This document shows, one piece after another, positions 10,519 to 19,582 of a DNA stretch of 64,000 nucleotides. Positions within the stretch are counted from its first letter, which is position 1. The number at the start of each line of letters is the position of its first letter. The notes under the pieces are model-generated. The model saw nothing but the letters and a program-made list of their open reading frames with translations. It was not told where the DNA came from and did no database searches. The DNA lies in assembly GCA_963810935.1 (NCBI GenBank), contig CAWEPK010000017.1:1-64000 (forward strand), in the 5' to 3' direction. This DNA is from an uncultured delta proteobacterium. GTDB taxonomy: Bacteria > Desulfobacterota > Syntrophorhabdia > Syntrophorhabdales > WCHB1-27. The position numbers were made by a program, and so were the translations under genes.

Positions 10519-10785
10519 GTCTTCGAAAAGGCCGGGCTTCAAAGCGCGGTCGATCTTCCTCAGCATATCGGCCTTCATATATTTCAATTGCGCAAGCCAG
10601 AGGTGGTCGTCCACCTCTATATAGAGGTATTTTTCCGTCAGGCGGGCAGGCCTGGTATGCGACGCCAGCGGCTGACCGACAATCTGCTGCCACTCCCCAA
10701 AGACCCTGAACGCCTCGATGTCCCCCCTGAACGCCTTTTCCCTGAGGACCCCTTCCAGGATGCGCTTTAAGGGGGTGAAAGGCAT
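10489..10785 (-). CDS. DUF721 / DciA-like protein
   Basis: W..IVG..LA.HT.P, L.IEVD...W..QL. Confidence 0.8.
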   Translation of the reverse strand: MPFTPLKRILEGVLREKAFRGDIEAFRVFGEWQQIVGQPLASHTRPARLTEKYLYIEVDDHLWLAQLKYMKADMLRKIDRALKPGLFEDLKFFLKGLQ

Positions 10786-10788
10786 GGT

Positions 10789-12315
10789 TCAGGCGTCCCT
10801 TCTCGGGAAGAGGGGCGGTATTTTGTCAACGGGCGCGAGGCCGGCGGGGAAATAGAAATTCCGCTCTTCGTCGAACGACACCTTGCTGATGTCCGTCCCT
10901 ATCCCCAGGGACTTCCAGGCGGAGTCCGTCTTCGACGGCATGAAAGGATGGAGAAGGAGCGTCGCGATGCGGACGCCGTTCCAGATATTGTATAGCACGG
11001 TCGAAAGGCGGCCCGCGTCTTCCTTTGCGAGCTTCCAGGGCGCCTCCGTGTCGATGTAGCGGTTGAAAAGCGCCGTAAGCTCGAAGACCGCAGATAATGC
11101 CTTCGAGAAGCCGAACGCCTCCATCTCCCGCTCGTAATCCGCAACCAGCGCGGTCGTGCGGTCGTGCAGCACGTCGTCCGTGCCGGCAGGCCCGGCGGGT
11201 GCGTTGAGCTTCCCTGCCTGGAACTTACCGACCATGTTCGTGCTTCTCGAGAGGAGGTTGCCGTAGTCGTTCGCCAGGTCCCCGTTTATGCGGCCGACGA
11301 TGGCCTCTTTCGAGAAATCGCCGTCCAGGCCGAAGGGCACCTCGCGGAAGAGGAAGAAGCGGAACTCATCGACCCCGTAAGTCTCCGCCATCTCCACAGG
11401 GTCAACAACGTTGCCCAGGGACTTCGACATCTTCTGGCCGTTCACGGTCCACCATCCGTGTGCGAAGACGTGCTTCGGCAGCGGCATGCCTGCGGCCATG
11501 AGGAAAGAAGGCCAGTAGACCGCGTGGAACCGGAGTATGTCCTTGCCGATCAGGTGCACGTCGGCCGGCCAGAACTTCCCGAACCGCTCCGGGTCGCTCA
11601 AAAAACCCGCGCCGGTCAGGTAGTTAACGAGGGCGTCGAACCAGACGTAGACTACGTGTTTGGGGTTGCCCGGCACAGGGATGCCCCAGTCGAAGGTCGT
11701 CCTGCTTATCGAAAGGTCGCGCAGGCCGCCTTTGACGAAGCTCGCGACTTCGTTATAGCGGATATCGGGCATGACGAAATCCCTGTGCTCTTCGAGGTGG
11801 CGAATGAGCGGGTCGGTATATTTCGACATCCGGAAGAAGTAGCTCTCTTCCTTGAGGCGCTCGACGCCGCGCCCGCAGTCAGGGCACTTGCCCTCCTTCA
11901 ACTGAAGATCGGTGAAATAGGTTTCGCAGGGGATGCAGTACCAGTCCTCGTATGCGCCGAGGTAGATGTCCCCCTTCTCTTCGATGGTCCGGAAGAGGTG
12001 CTGCACGACAAGCCTGTGGCTCGCGTCCGTCGTCCGTATGAACCCCGTGTTGGTGACATTCAGGAGCTTCCAGAGGTCGGTAAACCTCGGCACCATCCTG
12101 TCGGCGAGCTCCATGGGGGTGATCCCCTGTTCAACGGCCACTTTCTGCGCCTTCTGGCCGTGCTCGTCGACACCCGTAAGGAAGAAAACGTCGTAACCCC
12201 GGAGCCTCTTGTAGCGCGAAACTACGTCGGCTGCGCAGGTGGTATAGGCGTGGCCTATGTGCGGTACGTCGTTGATGTAGTAAATGGGCGTCGTTACATA
12301 ATAGCTCTTTGCCAT
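10789..12315 (-). CDS. metG: Methionyl-tRNA synthetase, short form lacking the C-terminal tRNA-binding domain
   Basis: YVTTPIYY, HIGH, KMSKS; ends at LFPR. Confidence 0.97.
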   Translation of the reverse strand: MAKSYYVTTPIYYINDVPHIGHAYTTCAADVVSRYKRLRGYDVFFLTGVDEHGQKAQKVAVEQGITPMELADRMVPRFTDLWKLLNVTNTGFIRTTDASHRLVVQHLFRTIEEKGDIYLGAYEDWYCIPCETYFTDLQLKEGKCPDCGRGVERLKEESYFFRMSKYTDPLIRHLEEHRDFVMPDIRYNEVASFVKGGLRDLSISRTTFDWGIPVPGNPKHVVYVWFDALVNYLTGAGFLSDPERFGKFWPADVHLIGKDILRFHAVYWPSFLMAAGMPLPKHVFAHGWWTVNGQKMSKSLGNVVDPVEMAETYGVDEFRFFLFREVPFGLDGDFSKEAIVGRINGDLANDYGNLLSRSTNMVGKFQAGKLNAPAGPAGTDDVLHDRTTALVADYEREMEAFGFSKALSAVFELTALFNRYIDTEAPWKLAKEDAGRLSTVLYNIWNGVRIATLLLHPFMPSKTDSAWKSLGIGTDISKVSFDEERNFYFPAGLAPVDKIPPLFPRRDA

Positions 12316-12324
12316 TCTTTCGTC

Positions 12325-13113
12325 TCACTCGATCTTGATAGGCTTGATGTCGGTCACGGGCAAGGTCGTCTCTTTCCCGTCCGCCGTCTCTACGACAACC
12401 GTCCGGGTGAAGACGTTGTTCTTTATCACCTTGGCCTCGCCCGCAGGCGTCATGACGCGCTTGCCCACCTTGGGGAAGTCCTTCTTGAGGTCTACGTACA
12501 TGCCGTACTCGTAGCCCAGGCAGCACATGAGCCTGCCGCATACGCCCGATATCTTCGACGGGTTGAGCAGAAGGTTCTGCTCCTTCATCATCTTGATCGA
12601 AACGATAGAGAAGTTGTTGAGGAAGCGCTTGCAGCAGACTACGTTGCCGCAGTTCCCCAGGCCGCCTATCATCTTGGCCTCGTCCCTGACGCCGACCTGC
12701 CGCATCTCTATCCTTACCCGGAATTCCTTGGCCAGCTCTTTCACGAGGTCCCGGAAATCGACCCTGTCCTCGGAAAAGAAATAAAAGATGAGCTTCGAGG
12801 CCCGCATGAGATATTCTGCCTGGAGGAGCTTCATGGGGAGCTTCAGCTCTTCGATCTTCCGCTTGCACACCTCGAAGGCGTGCCCTTCCTTGGTCCGCAA
12901 ATTCGCCTGGTCGGCCACCTCTTCGGAGGAGGCCTTCCTGGTTATCTTGCGCAGGCCCTCCCGGCTGCATTCAGCGGGCCCGGTCGCCACGACGCCGAGG
13001 CACTCGCCCTTTTCGAGCTCGCAGACGACGTAGTCTCCCGTCTTGATCTCCTCGCAGGCCTCCAGCTCGATGGTCCCCGTAAGGCGGTCGAACTTGACGC
13101 GACATGATTTCAT
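12325..13113 (-). CDS. ricT: PSP1-domain protein RicT/YaaT
   Basis: RVDFRDLVK, RIEMRQVGVRDEA, GG.G.CG...CC, SG.CGRLMCCL.YE. Confidence 0.92.
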   Translation of the reverse strand: MKSCRVKFDRLTGTIELEACEEIKTGDYVVCELEKGECLGVVATGPAECSREGLRKITRKASSEEVADQANLRTKEGHAFEVCKRKIEELKLPMKLLQAEYLMRASKLIFYFFSEDRVDFRDLVKELAKEFRVRIEMRQVGVRDEAKMIGGLGNCGNVVCCKRFLNNFSIVSIKMMKEQNLLLNPSKISGVCGRLMCCLGYEYGMYVDLKKDFPKVGKRVMTPAGEAKVIKNNVFTRTVVVETADGKETTLPVTDIKPIKIE

Positions 13114-14069
13114 GCGGGCCTCACAAGGTGCAGAAGCATATTTTCGAGGGCGAGCCACCTGTTCACGTTGTAGCGAAGCGTCCTTATCATCTCCATCACG
13201 AGGGCGACGGACGCATCACACCACCGCGCACCGCCGAGTGCCCCCTCCCGGACTATGCCTGCTAAATCCGCGTTGACGAGGCCCGATTCATCGCCCGTCT
13301 TGCGGAGCCACCAGACGTCCCTGAAAAATGTCAGAAGGAAGGAGAGGTATTCCATCTCGCGCCCTTTGGCGGCCATCCTCTCCGCGAGCACGGATGCCCT
13401 TGCGGACGAGCCGCTGCTGCCTGCCAGAAGCTCCGCGATCCTCCTTCTCATCCCGTAGTTCTCGTCATCCGCCCAGAAAAGGCCCGCCGCGATGCTGCCG
13501 CCTGCGAGCCTTGCGAGGCTTGCCGCCTTCTGGGGGTCCATCCCCTCCACTTCTTCGAAGTAAGACTGCACAAGCGAGGCGGGCAGCGAGCCGAACCCGA
13601 TGCGCATACAGCGGGAGCGCACGGTAAGCGGCACAGCCTGCTCGCGCGAGGAAACCAGAATAAAAAGGTTGGCGGGCGGCGGCTCTTCGAGCGTTTTCAA
13701 AAGGGCGTTGGCCGCCTCGCGGGTCATAAGGTCCGCGTCGTCCAGGATCACCACCCTTAAGGGCGCCTCGTAGGGCGGCTCGTAGCACTCTTTCGCGATG
13801 GCCCGCACTGCGTCTATCTTGATGGACGGCTCCCCGGAGATGAACTTGAAATCGGGGTGCGTCCCCGCGGCCAGCGACCGGCACCAGCGGCACTCCCCGC
13901 AGCCCCGCCCTTCCGCGCAGAACAGGTTGCCGGCGAATTCCGCGGCAAGCGTCCGCTTCCCGACCCCTTTGGGGCCGGAGAACAGCAGGGCGTGCGGCAG
14001 CCTCTCCCTCCCGACGAGGGAGGTAAGGAGCCGCTTCTGGCGGTCATGGCCGAGCGCCTTAAACTCCAT
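13110..14069 (-). CDS. holB: DNA polymerase III delta-prime subunit
   Basis: HALLFSGP.GVGK, CG.C..C, HPD, AANALLKTLEEPP, TVRSRC. Confidence 0.95.
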   Translation of the reverse strand: MEFKALGHDRQKRLLTSLVGRERLPHALLFSGPKGVGKRTLAAEFAGNLFCAEGRGCGECRWCRSLAAGTHPDFKFISGEPSIKIDAVRAIAKECYEPPYEAPLRVVILDDADLMTREAANALLKTLEEPPPANLFILVSSREQAVPLTVRSRCMRIGFGSLPASLVQSYFEEVEGMDPQKAASLARLAGGSIAAGLFWADDENYGMRRRIAELLAGSSGSSARASVLAERMAAKGREMEYLSFLLTFFRDVWWLRKTGDESGLVNADLAGIVREGALGGARWCDASVALVMEMIRTLRYNVNRWLALENMLLHLVRPA

Positions 14070-14683
14070 GGCTCTTCAGCAACTGTTCCACCCTGGTGCG
14101 GATGGTCTCGTGGATCGCTTTTACGTCGCCCTTCCCGTCTATCACGAAGAACCTCTTCGGCTCTTCCTTGGCAAGCTCGATGTAGCCCCGCCTTATCCGC
14201 TCGTGGAAGGCCGTCTCTTCTTCCTCGAACCTGTCCTTCCCGGCGTCCACTGCGGCTTTTCTTCCGAAGCCGGTCGTGACCTCGCAGTCGAGGAGGACCG
14301 TCAGGTTGGGCGTAACGCCTTTCGTGACAAGGCGGTTCAGGGTCGCAATGATCCCGAAGTCAACGCCCCGGCCGTACCCCTGGTAGACGTGGGTGGCGTC
14401 CGCGAAGCGGTCGCAAAGGATGACCTCGCCCCTCGCAAGCGCGGGCATGATGACCTCCTCCATGTGCTGCGCCCGCACCGCCATGAAGACGAGCAGCTCG
14501 GACAGGGGGACAACGCGGAGGTCCTTCTGGAGAAGTATGCGCCGCAGCGCCTCGCCTAATGCCGTGCCGCCCGGCTCCCGCGTCTTCAGGACCTTGTAGC
14601 CCTTTCTCTTGCAGGTATGCGGCGAGAAGCTCAACCTGCGTAGTCTTTCCGCTTCCTTCGACTCCCTCGAAAGTGATCAGCAT
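14059..14683 (-). CDS. tmk: Thymidylate kinase with one +1 frameshift near 14606 (probable assembly error)
   Basis: ITFEGVEGSGKTTQ in one frame; TREPGGT, LCDRF and YQG in the next. Confidence 0.92.
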
Positions 14684-14689
14684 GGCGGC

Positions 14690-15256
14690 CTACTTGGAGA
14701 CCCGCGTGATGTACTCCCCCGACCTCGTGTCGATCTTGATCATCTCTCCCTCTTCGAGGAAGAGCGGGACCTGAAGCGTGTAACCCGACTCGAGCTCGGC
14801 AGGCTTCGTGGCGTTCTGGGCGGTGTCCCCCTTGATGCCCGGCTCCGTTTTCGCTACCACAAGGTCCACGAAGTTGGGCAGGTCTACGCCTATCGCCTTC
14901 CCTTTGTAAAACGAGACATTGATGACCAGTCCCTCTTTCAGGTAGTTCTTCGCGTCCCCGAGGTTCTCCTCTTCTATGAAAGTCTGGTCGTAGGTGTCGA
15001 CGTCCATGAAGTAATAATTGACGCCTTCCTTGTACATGTACTGCATTGATTTATCTTCCATCTCCGGGACATCGAGCTTGTCCCCGGACCTGAATGTCCT
15101 GTCGAGCACGTTGCCGCTCACGAGGCTTTTGATCCGCGTCCTGACGAAAGCGCCGCCTTTGCCCGGCTTAACGTGCTGAAAATCGACTATGATATAAGGC
15201 TCGTTGTCGACTAAAACTTTCAGACCTTTTCTGAATTCGCTGGTAAAAACCATCAT
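14690..15256 (-). CDS. efp: Elongation factor P
   Basis: HVKPGKGGAFVR, PG.KGDT, IDTR.GEY..R. Confidence 0.98.
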   Translation of the reverse strand: MMVFTSEFRKGLKVLVDNEPYIIVDFQHVKPGKGGAFVRTRIKSLVSGNVLDRTFRSGDKLDVPEMEDKSMQYMYKEGVNYYFMDVDTYDQTFIEEENLGDAKNYLKEGLVINVSFYKGKAIGVDLPNFVDLVVAKTEPGIKGDTAQNATKPAELESGYTLQVPLFLEEGEMIKIDTRSGEYITRVSK

Positions 15257-15257
15257 G

Positions 15258-16337
15258 TCAAACCCCTCCTGTATGCAACAGGTCCTTCCGTAAACGGGTG
15301 AGGACCTCCCCGCCTTTGTCCGTTACTAGCACCATATCTTCGAGCCGCACTCCACCGACGTGCGGTATGTAGATGCCGGGCTCGACGGTGATGACCATCG
15401 ACTCTTCGAGAATGCCGTCGCCACTGGCCGTTACCGAGGGCGGCTCGTGGACTGCTATGCCCACGCCGTGCCCTGTGCCGTGGCTGAAGAACTGCCCGTA
15501 ACCCTTCTCTTCGATCACGCCCCGCACTATTGCGTCAAGCGTGCGCACGGGCATGCCTGAGCGCACCGACGCTATGCCCTTCTGCTTTGCCTCGAAGACT
15601 GCCTCGTGGATCTCCTTAAGCTGCGTGCCCGGCTCGCCTACTGCGACCGTGCAGGTCTCGTCCGAGCAGTAGCCCTCGAACCGGCAGCCGAAGTCTATCA
15701 CGACCGTCTCGCCCGCCTCCAGCTTCTTGGCCGTGGCGTGTCCGTGGGGAAGCGCCGACCTGGGCCCGGAGGCCACTATCGTCTCGAAAGACGGCCCCTC
15801 CGACCCCAAATCGCGCATCGCGCAATCGAGCTCGTTTGCGATCTCCATCTCGGTCCTGCCGGGCGCGATATTGCCGAGGACTGCGGAAAAGGCGTCCGTG
15901 GCGATGCGTATAGCCTCCCGCATCGTCGCGACCTCTTCGGGCTCCTTGCACGCCCTTATCGACTCGATCTCGTTCGCCAGCGGGACAATCTCGACGTCCG
16001 GGCTGGCGTCGCACCACGTCCGGTATTGGTGGAAAGTGGTCTGTATGCTGTCGAAGCCCGCCTTTGTGACCCCGTACTGCCGCAAAAGTGAAGCGAGTGG
16101 ATGGTCCGTGGCGCCCTTGACCTCGACTACCGTGCAGCCTTCAGCCACCTCGCGGGCGTGGGTGATGTATCTGCCGTCGACCATGAGGACCACGTCGCCC
16201 CTGGTGACGAGCGCCATGCCTTCGGTCCCCCGGAAGCCCGTAAGGTAGAATATGTTATCCATGCCCTTGATAATACAGGCATGGAGTTCTTGCCGCTCCA
16301 GAATCTCGACGACCCTACCTGCCCGCTTCTCTCTCAT
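15258..16337 (-). CDS. Xaa-Pro aminopeptidase (M24B)
   Basis: SFETIVASG, PH, SD.T.T, HGTGHGVG..VHE.P, TVEPGIY, GVRLED. Confidence 0.93.
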   Translation of the reverse strand: MREKRAGRVVEILERQELHACIIKGMDNIFYLTGFRGTEGMALVTRGDVVLMVDGRYITHAREVAEGCTVVEVKGATDHPLASLLRQYGVTKAGFDSIQTTFHQYRTWCDASPDVEIVPLANEIESIRACKEPEEVATMREAIRIATDAFSAVLGNIAPGRTEMEIANELDCAMRDLGSEGPSFETIVASGPRSALPHGHATAKKLEAGETVVIDFGCRFEGYCSDETCTVAVGEPGTQLKEIHEAVFEAKQKGIASVRSGMPVRTLDAIVRGVIEEKGYGQFFSHGTGHGVGIAVHEPPSVTASGDGILEESMVITVEPGIYIPHVGGVRLEDMVLVTDKGGEVLTRLRKDLLHTGGV

Positions 16338-16560
16338 CGCGCTTTTCTTCGATTTTCCTCAAGAGCCGCGAGAGCGCCCTGAGCCTCTTCGTATCAGGCG
16401 TTTCCGTGGAAAGAAGCGTAAGCCGCCTCCTGTAAAAGGAATTCGCCGCGTCCTTCGACAGTAGCCGCTCGTATACTTCCCGCGCCTTGTCGAAGTGGCC
16501 CTGCCGCATGTAAATCTCCGCCAGGGTCGTCGAAAGAATCCTGACTTTTTCCTGAGTCAC
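16315..16560 (-). CDS. Small TPR-like protein
   Basis: TLAEIY..QG.FDKA.EVY..L single TPR; SD GGAG upstream. Confidence 0.75.
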   Translation of the reverse strand: MTQEKVRILSTTLAEIYMRQGHFDKAREVYERLLSKDAANSFYRRRLTLLSTETPDTKRLRALSRLLRKIEEKRDEREAGR

Positions 16561-16685
16561 GCCCTTTACTCCCCTGTCCTTTCTCGTTAATTTATAAAGA
16601 ATAATTATATCACAAAACGACCCCGCCCGGCCGATTTATTGGTCAAAAGCAAGGCAAACCGGGCACTTCCTGCGCAAACAGGGAT

Positions 16686-16759
16686 TGGCTGGGGGATCAG
16701 GGCTCGAACCTGAATAGCGGGCTCCAAAGGCCCGTGTCCTACCATTAGACGATCCCCCA
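16686..16759 (-). tRNA. tRNA-Gln (anticodon TTG)
   Basis: Minus strand reads TGGGGGATCGTCTAATGGTAGGACACGGGCCTTTGGAGCCCGCTATTCAGGTTCGAGCCCTGATCCCCCAGCCA: cloverleaf, GTTCGA T-loop, encoded CCA. Promoter TTGACG-N17-TAATAT lies upstream. Confidence 0.95.
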
Positions 16760-16872
16760 TCTGCCCCTTATATTAGCGTTCGCAAGCGCTGGCGTCAAGG
16801 CGAACGTTGACCTGATCGCGCGAGAAAAGGCTAAAAAAGCAAAACCAATGCTTTTTGCGCGGCTGGACTCGC

Positions 16873-16990
16873 GCCTGCTGCGGTGTCGCGCTATGCGGCG
16901 AAATACTCGCCTTGCGCCCTCCGACGTACCTGGATACGCCTCCGGTCGGCAAGGCTCCCATTTCATTCACATATCGCAACCCCTTGAGGC
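16873..16990 (-). repeat. Long palindromic REP-like repeat, subfamily A2
   Basis: Minus strand TATGTGAATGAAATGGGAGCCTTGCCGACCGGAGGCGTATCCAGGTACGTCGGAGG aligns with 55462-55584. Confidence 0.7.
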
Positions 16991-17283
16991 GCTCCTCCGG
17001 CCGCGACCGCCGCAATCGAATAAAGAGCATTATTAGGCGGCGGTAAGAGCGGGTTGTACCGTAGACATAATTGGGATACTACGGAGATCAATACCGGGGG
17101 TAAGATGTAATATGTCGGAGAAGGGGCCGGGAGATTTTGGGTGGAATTCGCGTTGCTTTCCGAGGAAGCGAGCCGGAGTCTCTATGCTATAAAAGCCCTC
17201 TTCCACAGGGGCGGATAAAAAGGCTACCCTCTTTCTCTTAAGCGATGGATGCACATCGCAAACCAAGGAAAGGGAGGTAGCCA

Positions 17284-18360
17284 ATGGAGATTCATAGGGT
17301 ACAGGATTTTGTGGTTGAAGGTAAAGAGGTTTTTATCGGTTTGGAAGACTCAAAGAAGACCTGGAAGATAGCAGTTCGGTGTGACAGGATGGTGATCCAC
17401 CAGGTATCCATGGAGGCAAAGTATGTCTTGCTGAAGCAATACCTGAGAAACAGGTTCCCCGGTTGCACGGTCCATTTGATGTACGAAGCAGGCTTCAAGG
17501 GGTTCAACCTTCACGATCTTCTTGCCGAAGACGGCATCGACTGCGTGGTGATCCCTCCCCATATGGTGACGGAGCCGAAGGCAAACAAGGTTAAGACCGA
17601 TAAAAGGGATGCAAACCGTCTCGCCCGCATCCTGGAGAGCCACGATTACAGGGACCCCTGCTGTGTACCCGACAAAGAGAGGAGGGAGGACCGGCAGGTA
17701 AGCCGTACCATAATCGCCATACAGAAGGATATCATCGGTAACCGCAACCGCATCCGCAAGCTCCTCGACTTTCACGGGATCGAGGTCCCCTTTGCCGGTA
17801 AGAGCGAATGGGGGCGAAAGGAGTTCGAGGGTCTTCGGACATTACCCCTGAGCGATCCCTTAAGGGCAGCTCTGGGCTCGCTTTTGACCATACTGGAGGA
17901 ACTGTGGGGCCAGCGTGCGGTCTTGAGGGACTATCTCCGGGGTCTGTGCAAGAAGGAGCGTTATAGAAAGCCCTACGAGGTCGCAAAGAGCATCCCCGGC
18001 ATAGGGTGGTTCACAGCCATCCGCCTGATATTAGAGCTGGGGGAGGATCTCTCCCGTTTCGGAAGCGGGAAGAAGATCGCAGGCTTCGTGGGGTTGGGCT
18101 GCAGCGAGCATTCGACGGGCCAGACCGAACGGAAAGGTCGTATCACGGGCATGGGGTCGGGGTTCATACGGCATATCCTGGTCGAGAATGCCTGGATAGC
18201 GATCAGAAAGGACCCGGCCCTGCTGTCCAAGTTCTCACGGGTATGGCGGTCGAGCGGCAGCAAGAAGAAAGCCATAGTGGCAGTTGCCCGTACTCTTATT
18301 GTGCGCCTTCGGGCCTGCATGCTTTCGGGCAGGCCTTATACGGTCGGAGTTATTAGATAG
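17284..18360 (+). CDS. IS110-family DEDD transposase / RNA-guided recombinase
   Basis: IGLED, YEAG and KTDKRDA (RuvC-like DEDD); SIPGIG, RF..GK...GFVGL...SEHSTG and KKAIVAVAR (Tnp20 domain); SD GGAGG. Confidence 0.95.
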   Translation: MEIHRVQDFVVEGKEVFIGLEDSKKTWKIAVRCDRMVIHQVSMEAKYVLLKQYLRNRFPGCTVHLMYEAGFKGFNLHDLLAEDGIDCVVIPPHMVTEPKANKVKTDKRDANRLARILESHDYRDPCCVPDKERREDRQVSRTIIAIQKDIIGNRNRIRKLLDFHGIEVPFAGKSEWGRKEFEGLRTLPLSDPLRAALGSLLTILEELWGQRAVLRDYLRGLCKKERYRKPYEVAKSIPGIGWFTAIRLILELGEDLSRFGSGKKIAGFVGLGCSEHSTGQTERKGRITGMGSGFIRHILVENAWIAIRKDPALLSKFSRVWRSSGSKKKAIVAVARTLIVRLRACMLSGRPYTVGVIR

Positions 18361-18363
18361 GAT

Positions 18364-18536
18364 GAGCCTGACGGAAGAGGACCTTAACAGAACAAGGGCG
18401 TACAACGCCACGTACGCTGTATTAAAGAACGGCCCGGAGTATGTTGACGCCCGTTCCTCTTTTTTCGAAAAGCAGACACATGTGGGTTGGACCACGAATA
18501 GCAGCTTGCAAAGAACCTCCTCTTCAAGAAAGGCTC
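18364..18536 (+). ncRNA. Putative bridge/seek RNA of the IS110 element
   Basis: Nested stems 18364-69/18531-36 and 18374-81/18518-25 enclose two stem-internal loop-hairpin modules. Their loops match target (ACGTACGCT, CCGGAG) and donor (ATAGCAG) sequences. Confidence 0.75.
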
Positions 18537-18816
18537 GCGCTTCGGCCGCGGACCTGTGTAAGGTCGTCGGCCTCGCGCTCGCTATCGGATATGTACTCAC
18601 TAATAACAGAGGGAAAGTCATGGACTGACCCATAAAGAAAAGGGGGTAGCAAAAGCCCGCTGGAAGAATCCGTTGACTTTTATCATAGCAGCATACGTAT
18701 TCTGTATGTGAGGACTCGCGACTGAGGAAACGACGCGAAGGCCGCCAAAAGATCCCGGCCCCCACCCCATATTGCAAATTCAGGGGAAAAAGCACACAAT
18801 ACGGCAGGAGGGCGTT

Positions 18817-19020
18817 ATGTCTGAGACTATTGTGAAAATAGAAGGAATGAGCTGCCAGCATTGCGTAATGCGCGTGAAAAAGGCCGTCGAGGCCCTGCCC
18901 GGCGTATCGAAGGCGGACGTGGCCATCGGCACAGCCAACGTCACGTACGACGACGCGAAGGTCAAAGAAAAGGACCTCGAACAGGCAATCGAAAACGTGG
19001 GATTTACGATAAAGAAGTAA
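18817..19020 (+). CDS. CopZ-like heavy-metal chaperone
   Basis: GMSCQHC HMA motif; SD AGGAGG. Confidence 0.9.
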   Translation: MSETIVKIEGMSCQHCVMRVKKAVEALPGVSKADVAIGTANVTYDDAKVKEKDLEQAIENVGFTIKK

Positions 19021-19123
19021 GCCGCGCCCCGTCGTCAAGGTGGGCACGGCCCGGGAGCCGCTTGAAGACCTGCGGCCTCCTGGTTCGCTTTATGCAAGGG
19101 TAAAGCCGGATAAGGAGGCGTAA

Positions 19124-19582
19124 ATGTTCAACAAAATAGTAGTGCCTGTCGATTTTTCCGAATACACGGACGAGATACTCGAATACGCGTCCGCCATCGC
19201 CAAGCGCTTCGACGCGTCCGTTCATGTGATCCACGTCGTCCCGAGCATGGAGTATTTCACGCCCTACGAGTCTTTCATGGCTGCCGAATACCTGGAGACC
19301 ATGCAGAAAAACGTGGAAAACGAGATTACCAGGCAGCTCGATGAGGCGGCCGCAAAGGTGACGGTCCCGGGCGTGACCAAGGCGATCCGCACCGGCTCGG
19401 CCTTCATCGAGATCACGGAGTACGCAGAATCGATAGGGGCGGACCTGATCGTGATGGGCACCCACGGCAGGGGCGGCCTGGAGCACATACTCCTCGGCAG
19501 CGTGGCGGAAAAGGTAGTGCGCAAGTCAAAGTGTCCGGTACTGACGATACGGCCGGGGCAGAGGAACAAAAAAACGGCCTAG
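19124..19582 (+). CDS. Universal stress protein (UspA family)
   Basis: IVVPVDFS, ADLIVMGTHGRGG, LLGSVAEKVVR.S.CPVL. Confidence 0.95.
   Translation: MFNKIVVPVDFSEYTDEILEYASAIAKRFDASVHVIHVVPSMEYFTPYESFMAAEYLETMQKNVENEITRQLDEAAAKVTVPGVTKAIRTGSAFIEITEYAESIGADLIVMGTHGRGGLEHILLGSVAEKVVRKSKCPVLTIRPGQRNKKTA

Larger units (their letters stand above)
17177..18691 (+). mobile_element. IS110-family (IS1111-type) insertion sequence
   Basis: Boundaries come from comparison with the empty repeats. AG core at 17177-78 and 18690-91; sub-terminal IRs CTATGCTATAAAAG / CTTTTATCATAG; long 3' non-coding end. Confidence 0.92.
17123..18762 (+). repeat. Palindromic REP-like repeat (family A), copy split by the IS110 insertion
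   Basis: Left half 17123-17178 and right half 18690-18762 rejoin into a homologue of the intact copies at 22287 and 24535. Confidence 0.92.

Noticed and set aside
11164..13107. 647-aa plus-strand ORF and similar long antisense ORFs (e.g. 60646-62367, 3532-4374)
   Set aside because: Shadow frames of high-GC genes (metG/ricT, groEL, ffh) with no recognisable motifs.
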